Assembly (NCBI GenBank): GCA_046754465.1
Contig: JBHHVU010000005.1
Coordinates: 1 to 64,000 of the forward strand
Length of the DNA stretch: 64,000 nucleotides
Reading direction: 5' to 3'
DNA from: Nitrospinaceae bacterium
GTDB lineage: Bacteria > Nitrospinota > Nitrospinia > Nitrospinales > VA-1
Made by a program: the position numbers and the translations under genes. The notes beneath the pieces were generated by a model. It did not search any database, had not been told where the DNA came from, and worked only from the letters and a program-made list of their open reading frames with translations. Every line of letters begins with the position of its first letter. Within the stretch, counting starts at the first letter, position 1. Shown piece after piece: positions 9,463 to 19,892 of the stretch.

Positions 9463-10307
9463 CACGGCATCTTCTCGAATCCGTTGCCGTGGGAATCTTG
9501 TTTCTTTTAACGTTCACTGGCATTTTGATTTTAGTGGCTGTCCTGGGCACGGTGATCGTGAAAGGGGCGCCGACGGTCAGCGGTGATTTTCTTTGGGAGG
9601 CATCCCGCGATTTCGGTTCCGGGGGAGGCATCTTTTACCAGGTCATGGGAACCTGGCTTTTAATGACCGGGGCCGTGGTTGTCAGCCTGCCCCTGGCCCT
9701 GGGGACCGCTCTGCTGCTATCGGAGTACCTGAAATCCCGGCGGCTCAAAAAAATGTTCCGCAACCTCATTTATTCGCTAAACGGGGTGCCCACCATCTTG
9801 TTCGGTTTGGCGGGATACGTGTTTTTTGGGGAGTTTCTGGGGACGGGAGTGTCCTGGCTTACCGGGTCGCTCATTCTGGCGGTCATGATTTTTCCTACCC
9901 TGCAAGTCAGCATCCAGGAAGCGATCGAGGCCCTGCCGGAAAAATACAGGGAAACCGGCCTGGCGATGGGGCTCACCCCTGCCGCCATGATCTGGTCGAT
10001 TGTTTTGCCCCAGAGCATTTTCGGGATGGTTACCGGCATCCTGTTGGGATTGGCCCGGGCCGCGGGGGAAACCGCCGCCATCATGTTCACCGCCACGGCC
10101 TTTTCCGGAATTCTTCTGCCCGGAACCTGGACCGATCCGGTCCCCACCTTGCAGACCCATATCCTGGTGCTGGTACAGGAGGCGGTGAATCCCCGCGCCC
10201 TTTCCAACGCCTGGGGGGCGGCGCTGGTTTTGCTCTGCCTGGTCTTTTTACTGATCGGTGCCGCCTTGCTGGTCCGCGGCAGATTGCGCATGGAGTTCGA
10301 ACGATGA
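9459..10307 (+). CDS. pstA: Phosphate ABC transporter permease PstA
   Basis: LNGVPTILFGL, ARAAGETA, NAWGAALVL; ATGA overlap. Confidence 0.88.
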   Translation: MTRHLLESVAVGILFLLTFTGILILVAVLGTVIVKGAPTVSGDFLWEASRDFGSGGGIFYQVMGTWLLMTGAVVVSLPLALGTALLLSEYLKSRRLKKMFRNLIYSLNGVPTILFGLAGYVFFGEFLGTGVSWLTGSLILAVMIFPTLQVSIQEAIEALPEKYRETGLAMGLTPAAMIWSIVLPQSIFGMVTGILLGLARAAGETAAIMFTATAFSGILLPGTWTDPVPTLQTHILVLVQEAVNPRALSNAWGAALVLLCLVFLLIGAALLVRGRLRMEFER

Positions 10308-11080
10308 GCCGGTCCCGGGTGGTGATGCAAATGAAGGATGCCAGTGTTTTCTATAATGGCAAACCCGTCCTTGAAGGGATCAACCGGGAATTTCATGAGG
10401 GCCGGGTCACGGGAATCATCGGCCCCTCCGGTGCCGGGAAGACCACCCTGCTGCGCACCCTCAGCCGACTGAACGATCGGATTCCCGGATTCCACGTGCA
10501 GGGCCGGGTCCTGGTCTTCGGGGAGGAAATATATGACAACGGGGTCGATGTCTATGAGTTGCGGCGCAAGGTGGGGATGGTTTTTCAAACCCCCTGTGTG
10601 TTTCCCCGCTCCATTTTCGAGAACGTGATATTTGGGTGGAAGCACCTGTTCCCCCGCCGCAAGCGCGAATGGCCCCGGGTGGTGGAGAAGACCCTCCGAG
10701 ATGTTTTTCTTTGGGACGAGGTCAAGGACCGGCTGCACAAACCGGCTCCCACCCTGTCGCTCGGCCAGCAGCAGCGGCTGGCGATTGCCCGGACCCTGGC
10801 GATCGACCCGGATATCCTTTTGATGGATGAACCCACCTCGGCGCTGGACCCGAAATCGGCCCGGGCGATCGAGGAACTGGTGCTTTGCCTCAAATCCCGG
10901 CACACGATTCTGGTGGTGACCCACAACCTGAGCCAGGCCCAGCGGGTGTCGGACGATATGGTATTTCTCCGCGAGGGCAAGGTTTGTGAATCCGGAGCCA
11001 GCGCCGAATTTTTTGATCGCCCTTGCCAATGGGAGACCCGGGAATACCTTGGCGGCTCCGGGAAACCTCCGAATCCCTGA
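10304..11080 (+). CDS. pstB: Phosphate ABC transporter ATPase PstB
   Basis: Walker A GPSGAGKT, LRRKVGMVFQ, DEPTSALDP. True start is ATG 10304, inside the longer listed ORF. Confidence 0.88.
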   Translation: MSRSRVVMQMKDASVFYNGKPVLEGINREFHEGRVTGIIGPSGAGKTTLLRTLSRLNDRIPGFHVQGRVLVFGEEIYDNGVDVYELRRKVGMVFQTPCVFPRSIFENVIFGWKHLFPRRKREWPRVVEKTLRDVFLWDEVKDRLHKPAPTLSLGQQQRLAIARTLAIDPDILLMDEPTSALDPKSARAIEELVLCLKSRHTILVVTHNLSQAQRVSDDMVFLREGKVCESGASAEFFDRPCQWETREYLGGSGKPPNP

Positions 11081-11122
11081 TTTCTCTTTTCTCCCCCCTT
11101 TTAAATAGCTTTTCAACCCCTT

Positions 11123-11146
11123 ATAATTGATTCCACAATCAATTAT
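11123..11146. promoter_or_regulatory. Perfect 10-4-10 inverted repeat, candidate operator
   Basis: ATAATTGATT-CCAC-AATCAATTAT, 11 bp upstream of the TPR gene start. Confidence 0.5.
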
Positions 11147-11157
11147 CATTCAGACCC

Positions 11158-12738
11158 TTGAAAAAAAAGAAAACCAAAAAAATCCGGGGACCGGGTTCCT
11201 CCCGGTCCAGCTATGTCTCCCTGGCGGAACTAGGGGAGGAACTCCGCCGGAAGAATCCGGAAATGCTGAAGAAGGTGGAGGCCCTCCATGACTCCGAAAC
11301 CTCCTTCTCCAGGATTGTGGAGGATATTTACGATTGGCTTCCCTATCCCTGGCAGGACCTGGAATGGTTCGAGGAGGGGGTCGAGCTTTCGCTGGAAGGA
11401 CGCTACCGCGAGGCCATCAAGAAATTCGAGGAGGTTCTCCAGAAAAACCCGGATGCCTACCCCGCCTGGCATCTCATGGGTTTTGTTTACGGCTGCCACG
11501 GAAAGTTCAAGCGGGAGATGGATTGTTACCGGAAGGCGATCAAGCTTCGTCCCGATTATCCCCAGGTTTATGCCAGCATGGGAATGGCCTATTGGCTGCA
11601 GGGCAAGGAAAAGAAGGCCTTTGAGCAATTCAAGCGGTTGGTTCCCCTGGCGCCGGACTTTACTCCCGTAAGCGACTGGCTGGATTTGATGATCCGGCGG
11701 CTGGGGCGGTTTTGGACCGGGAATGGGAAATCCGGGGAAAACGGTTCCCAGGCCTCAGGACGGGCGATCGCTCACGGGTGTTACTGGATGGGCAATGCCT
11801 ACCTCGAGTTCGGCCTCCATATTCCCGCCCGGCACGCGTTCAAGAAAGCGGTGCGGACCTGGCCGGATTTCGCCGAGGCCCAATACGAACTGGGCGCCAT
11901 CCACATTAAAAGACTCCGAAATCCCAAACGGGCCGAAAAACACCTGGAAAAGGCCGAACAACTTTTCATCCGGCAGGGCGACCTGCAACGGGCCTCCCTG
12001 GTACATCAACTTTTCCCGGGCCGGGAAGAGGTGCAGGATAAAGCCCGGGCCGCCGAGGATTGGTTGAAGGAGGGGGTGCGGCTGCAACAGTTCGGACGAT
12101 ACCAGGGTGCGATCGACGCATATAAGATGGCCATCGCCTTCAAGCCCGAATTCGTGGATGCGTTCTACAATTTGGGAATCGCGTACGGCAGCCTGGAGGA
12201 TACCGGGTTGGAACTCATTCACAAAGCCGTCTGGGCCTTCCGGCAGGTCATCCGCATCAAACCGGACTTCGTCCACGCCTACATTGGGCTGGGAGCCTCG
12301 CATGTCAAGCGGGGAGAATATGAAGAGGCGATCGAACTTTTGAAGGAGACCCTGAAATTCGCTCCAGGTGAATCGCAGGTTCTCTACTACCTGGGGGTGG
12401 CCTGCCGGATGTCGGGACATCATCGGGAGGCGGCAGGGCATCTGAAAAAGGCCGCCCGGCTCCAACCCGATTCCGTTCAGGTGCAGTTTTACCTGGGACT
12501 GACCCTGATGGATTTGCAGGAGTGCCAGGAAGCCGCGGAAGTTTTCCAGGAGGTGGTACGGATCAAGCCCGATTTCGCGGATGTGCATCTCATGTTGGGG
12601 AATTTGTACCTAGAAAAACTCGGCGATATGGAAAAAGCCGTTTTCCACTTGAGGAAAGCGGAAAAACTTTTTATCAAATTGGAGGATCAATCCCGGCTTT
12701 CCCATATCCGGCAACTTTTGTCGCGCTCGTCCGTCTGA
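11158..12738 (+). CDS. Tetratricopeptide repeat protein
   Basis: Many TPR units ending in PDF/PDY/PEF motifs. Confidence 0.85.
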   Translation: MKKKKTKKIRGPGSSRSSYVSLAELGEELRRKNPEMLKKVEALHDSETSFSRIVEDIYDWLPYPWQDLEWFEEGVELSLEGRYREAIKKFEEVLQKNPDAYPAWHLMGFVYGCHGKFKREMDCYRKAIKLRPDYPQVYASMGMAYWLQGKEKKAFEQFKRLVPLAPDFTPVSDWLDLMIRRLGRFWTGNGKSGENGSQASGRAIAHGCYWMGNAYLEFGLHIPARHAFKKAVRTWPDFAEAQYELGAIHIKRLRNPKRAEKHLEKAEQLFIRQGDLQRASLVHQLFPGREEVQDKARAAEDWLKEGVRLQQFGRYQGAIDAYKMAIAFKPEFVDAFYNLGIAYGSLEDTGLELIHKAVWAFRQVIRIKPDFVHAYIGLGASHVKRGEYEEAIELLKETLKFAPGESQVLYYLGVACRMSGHHREAAGHLKKAARLQPDSVQVQFYLGLTLMDLQECQEAAEVFQEVVRIKPDFADVHLMLGNLYLEKLGDMEKAVFHLRKAEKLFIKLEDQSRLSHIRQLLSRSSV

Positions 12739-12819
12739 GGGTTTCCCATGGGAAACCCTCTTGCTTGCCGCGCGGGGTAAGTATAGGGCTGGGGAACACG
12801 GGTTCTCAGTGAGGCGGTA

Positions 12820-14112
12820 ATGGATAGACGTGGATCACATTCATTCGGGATGATACTGTGGGGAGCCGCCGTTCTGTGGCTCCTCATGGCCACGGGGGCC
12901 GGTCCCATGGAAAGAGACCCTTCCACCCCCACGGCCGGGGAAATCCCGGAGGGGGACCCTGTGCCCCTCGAGGAAATCGCCAACCGGGCGTTAAAGGATT
13001 CCCTGTATTACAAATTCGATAAATGGTTCGATGTGTTTCAAAAAAGGATCGAAACGCTGGAAGCCTTGCCCCGGACCCTGGAAAATCGCATCGAGCTGAT
13101 GACCTATAATTTTTACTATGCCGGTCTCTTGGGTGAACTGTGCCATAGCCTGGCCTTTTCCAGCAAATACAGGATCAAGGAAATCTCGGACCGGTTTTTG
13201 TTTTACAGTTCCCGGTCCAAGGAAATAGCCAGGGAAATTCTGGATCATCCAGAGTTGGCCCCCAGGCAGGAAGCGCAAACCTATTTGATCCTGGGCGCCG
13301 CCGAGGGCTACATCGGTATCTTTGAATACGGGGAGGGCCATCTTCTCACGGCGTTGATCAATGGGTTCCAGGCCGACAACCATCTGGAAAAAGCCCTCTT
13401 GCTGGACCCCAGCAAGATCGACGCCCATTTCGGATTGGGCATCTACCGCTACGGCAACAGCCGGCTGGGCGGTTTGGGCAACCTGATCATGCAGGGGGGC
13501 AGGGACCTCCGCCGGGTGGGGCTGGAACATATCGAATTGGCGATCCGCAACGGGGCGCCCTCGCGGCCGCTGGCGCTCAAAACCCTGGTCTGGTTTTATA
13601 TCTCCGAACAGATCAATCCCGATAATGCCGGGATTCCACCCGGGCAGTGGGCGTCTGTTTCCCGGTCGCGTGCCAGGGCCGTGGAACTCATGGACCAATT
13701 TGAATCCCTGTATTTTAAAAACCCTCCCTATAAGGATTTCAAGGGCAGCAAGGAACTGGCGTTGATGCGGGCCATTCAATTCGTTCTGGATGAGGATTAT
13801 TCCGGAGCCAGAAAAGAATTCGTGAAAATTATCGAGATCAGCGAAGGCCTGCGGAAAAAAGGGTTTGCCATCAACCCCCAATTGACCGACTCCATTCAGG
13901 CGGGGATCAAGTTTTGCGACTTGATGCTTCACCGCCCGGCGGGTGAGGGCCCGGGTCAAATCCGGTCCGCCTGCCTTAAAATCAACGATGAATTGGCTTT
14001 TCTCAACGGCGGCGGTTCCCTGATAGAATACGACGCGAAAAAAATCCGCAGTGACCTGCATTCGGTGTTTTTGGTCCGGCTCAATAGACTTTCCCGGCAA
14101 ATGAAATGTTGA
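12820..14112 (+). CDS. Exported alpha-helical/TPR-like hypothetical protein
   Basis: Signal-like N-terminus; LEKALLLDP..DAHFGLGIYRY TPR-like segment. Confidence 0.65.
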   Translation: MDRRGSHSFGMILWGAAVLWLLMATGAGPMERDPSTPTAGEIPEGDPVPLEEIANRALKDSLYYKFDKWFDVFQKRIETLEALPRTLENRIELMTYNFYYAGLLGELCHSLAFSSKYRIKEISDRFLFYSSRSKEIAREILDHPELAPRQEAQTYLILGAAEGYIGIFEYGEGHLLTALINGFQADNHLEKALLLDPSKIDAHFGLGIYRYGNSRLGGLGNLIMQGGRDLRRVGLEHIELAIRNGAPSRPLALKTLVWFYISEQINPDNAGIPPGQWASVSRSRARAVELMDQFESLYFKNPPYKDFKGSKELALMRAIQFVLDEDYSGARKEFVKIIEISEGLRKKGFAINPQLTDSIQAGIKFCDLMLHRPAGEGPGQIRSACLKINDELAFLNGGGSLIEYDAKKIRSDLHSVFLVRLNRLSRQMKC

Positions 14113-14411
14113 TCTTCCGCTCCCCGCCTTTGAAGGGCTGGATGTTCCCTCCCTCTGTCAAACCGGCAAACCGTACTTTTTTAGTGGATGGACGGCTCTA
14201 GATGCCTTGACCCATTCCCCGCGGGCTTGGCCCGCATCGGACCCCGGCGTTGCCTTCCGCGGAGGACGGATGGGACCCAGGTGAAATCTCAAGACCTGCT
14301 GTAAGGAAAAGCCGGGTTTTTCGACCCCCTCTTATGATATTTTCGCCCCATAAAGGAATCGCGGGAATAAGGTTTAATATCAAAATTCAATGAAATTCAA
14401 GGAGAGATTGA

Positions 14412-14963
14412 ATGTTCCGGATAAAAACCGTGGGTGAGGAAGAAGCCAGGGGCCGCGTGGAATCGGTTTATCGGGAGATCAAGAAGGAGATGGGAATCGT
14501 GCCCAATGTTCTCAAGGTGCTCAGTTTGTGGCCCGATGCCCTGGAATTTTACGCGGCCAAAATCAAGACGCTCGTCTTTTCCGATACTCGGTTGCGCCGG
14601 TCCACCAAGGAGATGATTGCCAGCACCGTTTCCAATATCAATCAATGCGATTATTGCGTAGGACATCACAAAAATTTTATGGAACAATTTGGAATCACTG
14701 GTCCGGTTGCCGATCAAATATTGACCGATTACCGGTCGGCCAAAATTTCCGAGGCGGAAAAACAGTTGCTCGCTTATGTGGAAAAGATGACCCGCCATGC
14801 TTATAAAATCGTCGACGCGGATATCGAAGGCTTAAAAAAAGCCGGTTGGACGGATGAGCAGATCCTGGAGGCCACCCTGGTTTCTTCTATGTTTAACGAT
14901 ATTAACCGGTACGTGGACGCTCTGGGCGTGGAACCGGAGAGCGCGAAACTGCCCGTTCAATGA
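14412..14963 (+). CDS. AhpD/carboxymuconolactone decarboxylase-like peroxidase-related protein
   Basis: EMIASTVSNINQCDYCVGHH (CxxC-H) and GWTDEQILE; GGAG RBS. Confidence 0.85.
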   Translation: MFRIKTVGEEEARGRVESVYREIKKEMGIVPNVLKVLSLWPDALEFYAAKIKTLVFSDTRLRRSTKEMIASTVSNINQCDYCVGHHKNFMEQFGITGPVADQILTDYRSAKISEAEKQLLAYVEKMTRHAYKIVDADIEGLKKAGWTDEQILEATLVSSMFNDINRYVDALGVEPESAKLPVQ

Positions 14964-14996
14964 AGATGTTCTAATGAATGATGCGAGGAGGGAATC

Positions 14997-15938
14997 ATGT
15001 CTTCCACAACTAGAAAATCCGTCAGTGGGATGCTTCAGGCCATAACCTGGGGAATGACCCTGCTCCTGTTATCCGGGTTCGATTTTTCCAAGCATAGTAT
15101 TCCCCTGGATGAAATACACAACGGCGGACCGGGAAAGGATGGGATCCCGGCGCTGCTCAAACCTGAATTCGTCAGTGCCTCCGGCGCGGCTCCTTATATG
15201 CGGGATCGTGATCGAATCCTCGGGCTGGTTCTGGGAGACGAACCGAAAGCCTATCCGATCAAGATTCTCAATTGGCATGAAATCGTGAACGACGAGGTGG
15301 GCGGACATCCTGTCGTGGTCACGTTTTGTCCCCTTTGCGGCACCGGCATGGTATTCGACAGTTGGGTCCAGGGAAAGAAATTGACTTTCGGCGTGTCCGG
15401 ATTCCTTTATCAAAGCGACCTGCTGCTTTACGATCACAAGACCGAAAGCCTCTGGTCGCAAATCGAGGGCAAGGCGGTGACGGGTCCCTTGACCGGCGCC
15501 CGGCTGAAACTCCTCAGCTCCATGCAGACCACTTGGGGAAACTGGAAGAAAAAGTATCCCAATACCCGGGTCTTGTCCCGGGAGACGGGGTATCACAGAA
15601 ATTACGATCGCGATCCTTACGAGGGATATTACACCAGCTCCCGGCTGATGTTTGGGGTGAATCAAACCAGCCGCGCCTTTCATCCGAAAGAGAAAGTGCT
15701 GGGTATCGAACTGGGGGGAAAGTTCAAGGCCTATCCGTTTTCGGAATTGGCCCGGGCCGAACAGCCCGTCGAGGATAATTTGAATGGGACGCCGGTTAGG
15801 GTATATTATGATAATGAATCCAGGACCGCCGTTATTCGGGATGCCAAGGGAAAGGACCTGCCCTCGGTGGTCGGTTTCTGGTTTGCCTGGTACGCGTTTC
15901 ATCCCGACACCGAGGTTTTCAGGGAGAGCCGGCAATGA
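14997..15938 (+). CDS. DUF3179-like exported protein
   Basis: GGPGKDGIPAL, HEIVND, TFCPLCGTG, SLWSQ, FWFAWYAFHPDT. Confidence 0.8.
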   Translation: MSSTTRKSVSGMLQAITWGMTLLLLSGFDFSKHSIPLDEIHNGGPGKDGIPALLKPEFVSASGAAPYMRDRDRILGLVLGDEPKAYPIKILNWHEIVNDEVGGHPVVVTFCPLCGTGMVFDSWVQGKKLTFGVSGFLYQSDLLLYDHKTESLWSQIEGKAVTGPLTGARLKLLSSMQTTWGNWKKKYPNTRVLSRETGYHRNYDRDPYEGYYTSSRLMFGVNQTSRAFHPKEKVLGIELGGKFKAYPFSELARAEQPVEDNLNGTPVRVYYDNESRTAVIRDAKGKDLPSVVGFWFAWYAFHPDTEVFRESRQ

Positions 15939-16630
15939 AAAAAAAGTTATCCCTTCTGGTTCTGTTCGCCGTGGGAATCGGATTGTTTTATTATTTTGAT
16001 TTGGGACAATACCTGACCCTCGAGGGCCTCAAGGAAAACAAGGAGCGCCTGGATCTTTTTTACCGCGAGAACACGGTTCTCACGATTTTCGGCTTCATCG
16101 GTGTTTACATCGCGGTGGTTGCCTTGTCTCTTCCCGGGGCGACCCTGTTGACGTTGACCGGCGGCGCGATTTTCGGCTCCGTCATGGGCACGCTGATCGT
16201 GAATGTCGGGGCCACGCTGGGAGCCACCCTGGCTTTTCTGGTGGCCCGGTTTCTGCTTCGGGACTGGGTCGAACGCAAATATGGAGACAAACTGAAACCC
16301 TTCAACGAGGGATTCTCCAAGAATGCCCTGAATTATCTTCTGTTTCTCCGTCTCGTGCCCCTGTTTCCGTTTTTTCTGATCAACCTCGTGTCGGGGTTGA
16401 CCCGGCTTCGGCTCCCCGTTTACTTTTTCGGCACCATGTTTGGAATACTTCCCGGCTCCTTCGTTTATGCCAATGCCGGGAGTCAACTGGCGTCGATCGA
16501 TTCGCTGTCGGATATCGCCTCGCCCGGGGTCCTGGGTGCGTTTGCCCTTTTGGGCCTGTTTGCCCTCATCCCCACCCTCTACAAACGGATCAAGGATAAA
16601 AACACCGCGCCCTCCGCCGTCAAACTTTAA
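15935..16630 (+). CDS. TVP38/TMEM64 (DedA/VTT) family membrane protein
   Basis: [31 protein letters not shown]. Confidence 0.88.
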   Translation: MKKKLSLLVLFAVGIGLFYYFDLGQYLTLEGLKENKERLDLFYRENTVLTIFGFIGVYIAVVALSLPGATLLTLTGGAIFGSVMGTLIVNVGATLGATLAFLVARFLLRDWVERKYGDKLKPFNEGFSKNALNYLLFLRLVPLFPFFLINLVSGLTRLRLPVYFFGTMFGILPGSFVYANAGSQLASIDSLSDIASPGVLGAFALLGLFALIPTLYKRIKDKNTAPSAVKL

Positions 16631-16898
16631 ATCCGTACCACGCCGTTTCCCGGTTTCCCCCTGTTCCAAAATCCGCCCAGCCCTTTCCATGATTGGGTCA
16701 ATTCCCGGTCAGGCCGGGGCTTTTCCCGGAGCGAGTATCCTTCAAAACGTTTGGTTTTTCGACGCTTTGGAAAGCCTCTTCCTTTTATTTTTCTGGCAAG
16801 GTAATTGCTTATTGATTTCCCAGGGAGGCCGTGTCCCGGAAGACGTGTCCCCCGGCCCGGAATTTCGGGAAACTTCAATATTCAGGAAAAAGGAAAAG

Positions 16899-19433
16899 GT
16901 GGCCGGAATAGCCAAGGAGAAAATAAAGATTCCCGCCGGGCTGGTTTGGGGAATCGCCGGAATTTGTGTTCTGCCGTTTTGCCTGAACCTTCTGGGCTAT
17001 GATTTCGGGAACCCAAAAATTCCTCTGGACGTCTCCCCGGGGTCTTTCCCGTCCCCGCTCGGGGACCGCCTTCACCAAAACCTTTCCAGAAGCTTCACCC
17101 ATACCATCCTGGAGTGGAGCGCATTTTGCGCCGCCCTGTTCATTGTCATCCTGAGTTTCATCCACTTCTATATCAAACGGGATGTCACCACACCGATCAT
17201 CGGCGTCGCTCTATTTTGCGCGGGAACCATGGACGCGTTTCATACCCTCGCCGCGGACCGCCTGATCGCCGCAGTGGCCGATAACCGGGAGTTGATTCCC
17301 TTCACCTGGGCCATTTGCAGACTCTTCAACGCCATCATTTTGATCGCGGGCGTGGGGTTTTTGCTCGCAGGAAATCCTCGAAACGAAAATACCCGTTGGG
17401 GTTTTGTATTGAGTACCAGCGTCATCCTCGGTTTCATCGCTTACGCGGTAATTCATTATTGCGCTACCAGTAAGAACCTCCCTCACACCATGTTTCCGGG
17501 TTCTCCGGTAACCCGGCCCTGGGATGTTGTCCCGCTGATCCTTTTTGTCTTCGCGGGGTTGATTGTTTTCCCCCGTTTTTACGGAAAATTCCCCAGTCTG
17601 TTTTCCCACACGCTCATCATCGGCGTTCTTCCCAACGTGGCCACCCAGTTGCACATGGCGTTTGGCTCCACCGAGCTTTTCGATAACCATTTCAACATTG
17701 CCCATTTCCTTAAGATCATCGCCTACCTGGTGCCGCTCGCCGGATTATGCCTGGACTATCTTCAAACCCACATCGATCAAAAGGCGGCGGTGGAAAAGCT
17801 GGAAGAGGCCCGCTGGGAGGCGGATAGGGCCAATCGGGCTAAAAGCGAATTCCTGGCCAATATGAGCCATGAAATCCGCACCCCCATGAACGTCATCATG
17901 GGAATGGGGGACCTGTTGTTGGAAACGCCTTTGACCCCAGAACAAAAACAAATGGTCGATATTTTCCTGGGCGCCGGGGATAATCTCGTGATTCTGATCA
18001 ACGATATCCTCGATCTCTCCAAGATCGAGGCGGGACAAATTGAGTTGGAACATATAGAATTCGATCCAAGACAACTGTTGGAGAAAACGATTGAGGTTCA
18101 GGATTTGCGCGCCCAGGAAAAAGGACTCGAACTCAACTGCCACATCTCGCCCGAGGTGCCCCATTGCCTGATCGGCGATGCGCACCGCCTGCGGCAGGTA
18201 TTGACCCAACTCATTGGCAATTCCGTCAAATTTACCGAGAAAGGGGAAATCCTGGTGCGGATCCAGAATGACCCGGATTCCAAGGAAGCGGGCGGACTCC
18301 TCTTTTCCGTGTCCGACACCGGGGTGGGCATTCCCCCGGATAAGCTCGCAAGCATTTTTTCCTGTTTTTGCCAGGCCGATTCATCCACCACGCGAAAATT
18401 CGGCGGAACCGGCCTGGGCCTGGCCATCACCCAAAAGTTGGTGGAATTGATGAACGGCCGTCTTTGGGTAGAAAGTGAATTCCAGAGAGGCAGTACTTTC
18501 TTTTTTTCCGCAAGATTCACCGTACAGCCCAAACCCTCCCACCCTCCCCTGGAAATTTCCGGGAACCTGAAAAATCTTAAAGTTCTCGTGGTGGACCATC
18601 GTCCCACGATCCGTTCGATGATCCGGGACCACCTTTTGGATTGGGGGATGTTTGTCAGGGATGTGGACAGCGGCCAAAGAGCCATCGGTGAAATTCCAAA
18701 AGCCGAAACGCCTTATCAGCTCTTGCTGATCAACAGTCGTCTTCCGGGCATCGGCGGGTTCAAGATCGTGGAAAAAATCCGGCGGGAGCACGGAATTTTT
18801 GTTCCCACCATTCTGATGATGCCCCTCGATACCCGGGAAGGGGACCTCGATCAATGCACCGCCCTGGGAATCGTCGGCTACATGACCCGGTTTATCAAAC
18901 CCGAGGAATTGATGGATAAAATCATGTCCGCATTGGAAATAAAATTCGAACCCGTTGGGCAGGATCCGCCACCCGGGGCCACCGAACCGGCAAATGGCGA
19001 AGGCCTGAGGATCCTCCTGGTTGAGGATTCCGAGGACAACCGTCTTCTGATTCAATTATTTCTCAAGAAAACGCCGCATCTTGTGGAAATTGCCGAAAAC
19101 GGGGAAGTGGCCGTGCGGATGTTCGATCCGGGAAATTACGACTTGATCCTCATGGATATGCAGATGCCCGTGATGGATGGCTATACCGCCACGCGGAAAA
19201 TCAGGGAACGGGAAAAACTCTCCGGGCGGAATCCCATTCCCATCATCGCCCTGACCGCCCACGCGCTGAAAGGGGACAGGGAAAAGTGCCTGGCCGCGGG
19301 GTGCTCGGACTACATCGCCAAACCCGTGAAAAAAGATAAATTGCTGGATATTATTCAAGGGATTAAGATGGATTCTGAAATTATGGGAAAAAAGCAACCC
19401 GCGGTTGCTTCAAAATCGATGGGAAGGCTTTAA
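16899..19433 (+). CDS. Membrane-bound hybrid sensor histidine kinase (multi-TM sensor, HisKA, HATPase, two REC domains)
   Basis: [24 protein letters not shown]-terminal LMDMQMP. Start GTG 16899 is inferred; the ORF is open further upstream. Confidence 0.88.
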   Translation: MAGIAKEKIKIPAGLVWGIAGICVLPFCLNLLGYDFGNPKIPLDVSPGSFPSPLGDRLHQNLSRSFTHTILEWSAFCAALFIVILSFIHFYIKRDVTTPIIGVALFCAGTMDAFHTLAADRLIAAVADNRELIPFTWAICRLFNAIILIAGVGFLLAGNPRNENTRWGFVLSTSVILGFIAYAVIHYCATSKNLPHTMFPGSPVTRPWDVVPLILFVFAGLIVFPRFYGKFPSLFSHTLIIGVLPNVATQLHMAFGSTELFDNHFNIAHFLKIIAYLVPLAGLCLDYLQTHIDQKAAVEKLEEARWEADRANRAKSEFLANMSHEIRTPMNVIMGMGDLLLETPLTPEQKQMVDIFLGAGDNLVILINDILDLSKIEAGQIELEHIEFDPRQLLEKTIEVQDLRAQEKGLELNCHISPEVPHCLIGDAHRLRQVLTQLIGNSVKFTEKGEILVRIQNDPDSKEAGGLLFSVSDTGVGIPPDKLASIFSCFCQADSSTTRKFGGTGLGLAITQKLVELMNGRLWVESEFQRGSTFFFSARFTVQPKPSHPPLEISGNLKNLKVLVVDHRPTIRSMIRDHLLDWGMFVRDVDSGQRAIGEIPKAETPYQLLLINSRLPGIGGFKIVEKIRREHGIFVPTILMMPLDTREGDLDQCTALGIVGYMTRFIKPEELMDKIMSALEIKFEPVGQDPPPGATEPANGEGLRILLVEDSEDNRLLIQLFLKKTPHLVEIAENGEVAVRMFDPGNYDLILMDMQMPVMDGYTATRKIREREKLSGRNPIPIIALTAHALKGDREKCLAAGCSDYIAKPVKKDKLLDIIQGIKMDSEIMGKKQPAVASKSMGRL

Positions 19434-19496
19434 GACGCATATTGCGTGAATCGAATTATAACCGGTCCGTGAAATTCGGTTGAGACCCTCCGCCCA

Positions 19497-19596
19497 CCCC
19501 TCTCCCAAGCGTGGGAGAGGGGCCCTGTCTTTGTCGCCCATCGACCCCGGTCCGCCATATAAAGAACGACCAATCGCGAGCGGAGGCACTCCGCCC
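19497..19596. repeat. Copy 1 of a ~100 bp diverged direct repeat (REP-like hairpin, conserved core, second hairpin)
   Basis: CCCCTCTCCC-AAGCGT-GGGAGAGGGG, core ACCCCGGTCCGCCATATAAAG (19544-19564), GCGGAG-GCA-CTCCGC. Confidence 0.7.
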
Positions 19597-19892
19597 GGCC
19601 CTGGAACATCCATGGCTGAGCCGGAACTTTTTGTTTGTGAAAATGACCGCCGCCTTCCGCCGTGATTCCCTCCCCGGGTTCCTGGCCGGGGGAAGGCCGG
19701 CAATCCTTCATGATCCGTCCATCCCATTACGGGTATAATAGATGTCGGGTACGGAGCCGCATTTTCCCGGTTCGAAAAAAACGGACACGCCATGGGGGAA
19801 GCCGAAAGGTTTTTTCCGGATCCCTTTTGCCGAAGCCCCGGGTGTCGGGGCGCCACGGCACAGTCCCCAACGATTTTTCAAAGGAGTCGATG

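Noticed and set aside
9593..10303. Apparent 237-aa N-terminal extension of PstB
   Set aside because: It overlaps pstA in another frame; the ATGA-coupled ATG at 10304 gives a normal PstB.
14155..14310. Fragments resembling c-di-GMP-I (GGCAAACC) and cobalamin (GGTGAAAT, AGACCTGC) riboswitches
   Set aside because: The required neighbouring motifs and spacing are absent.
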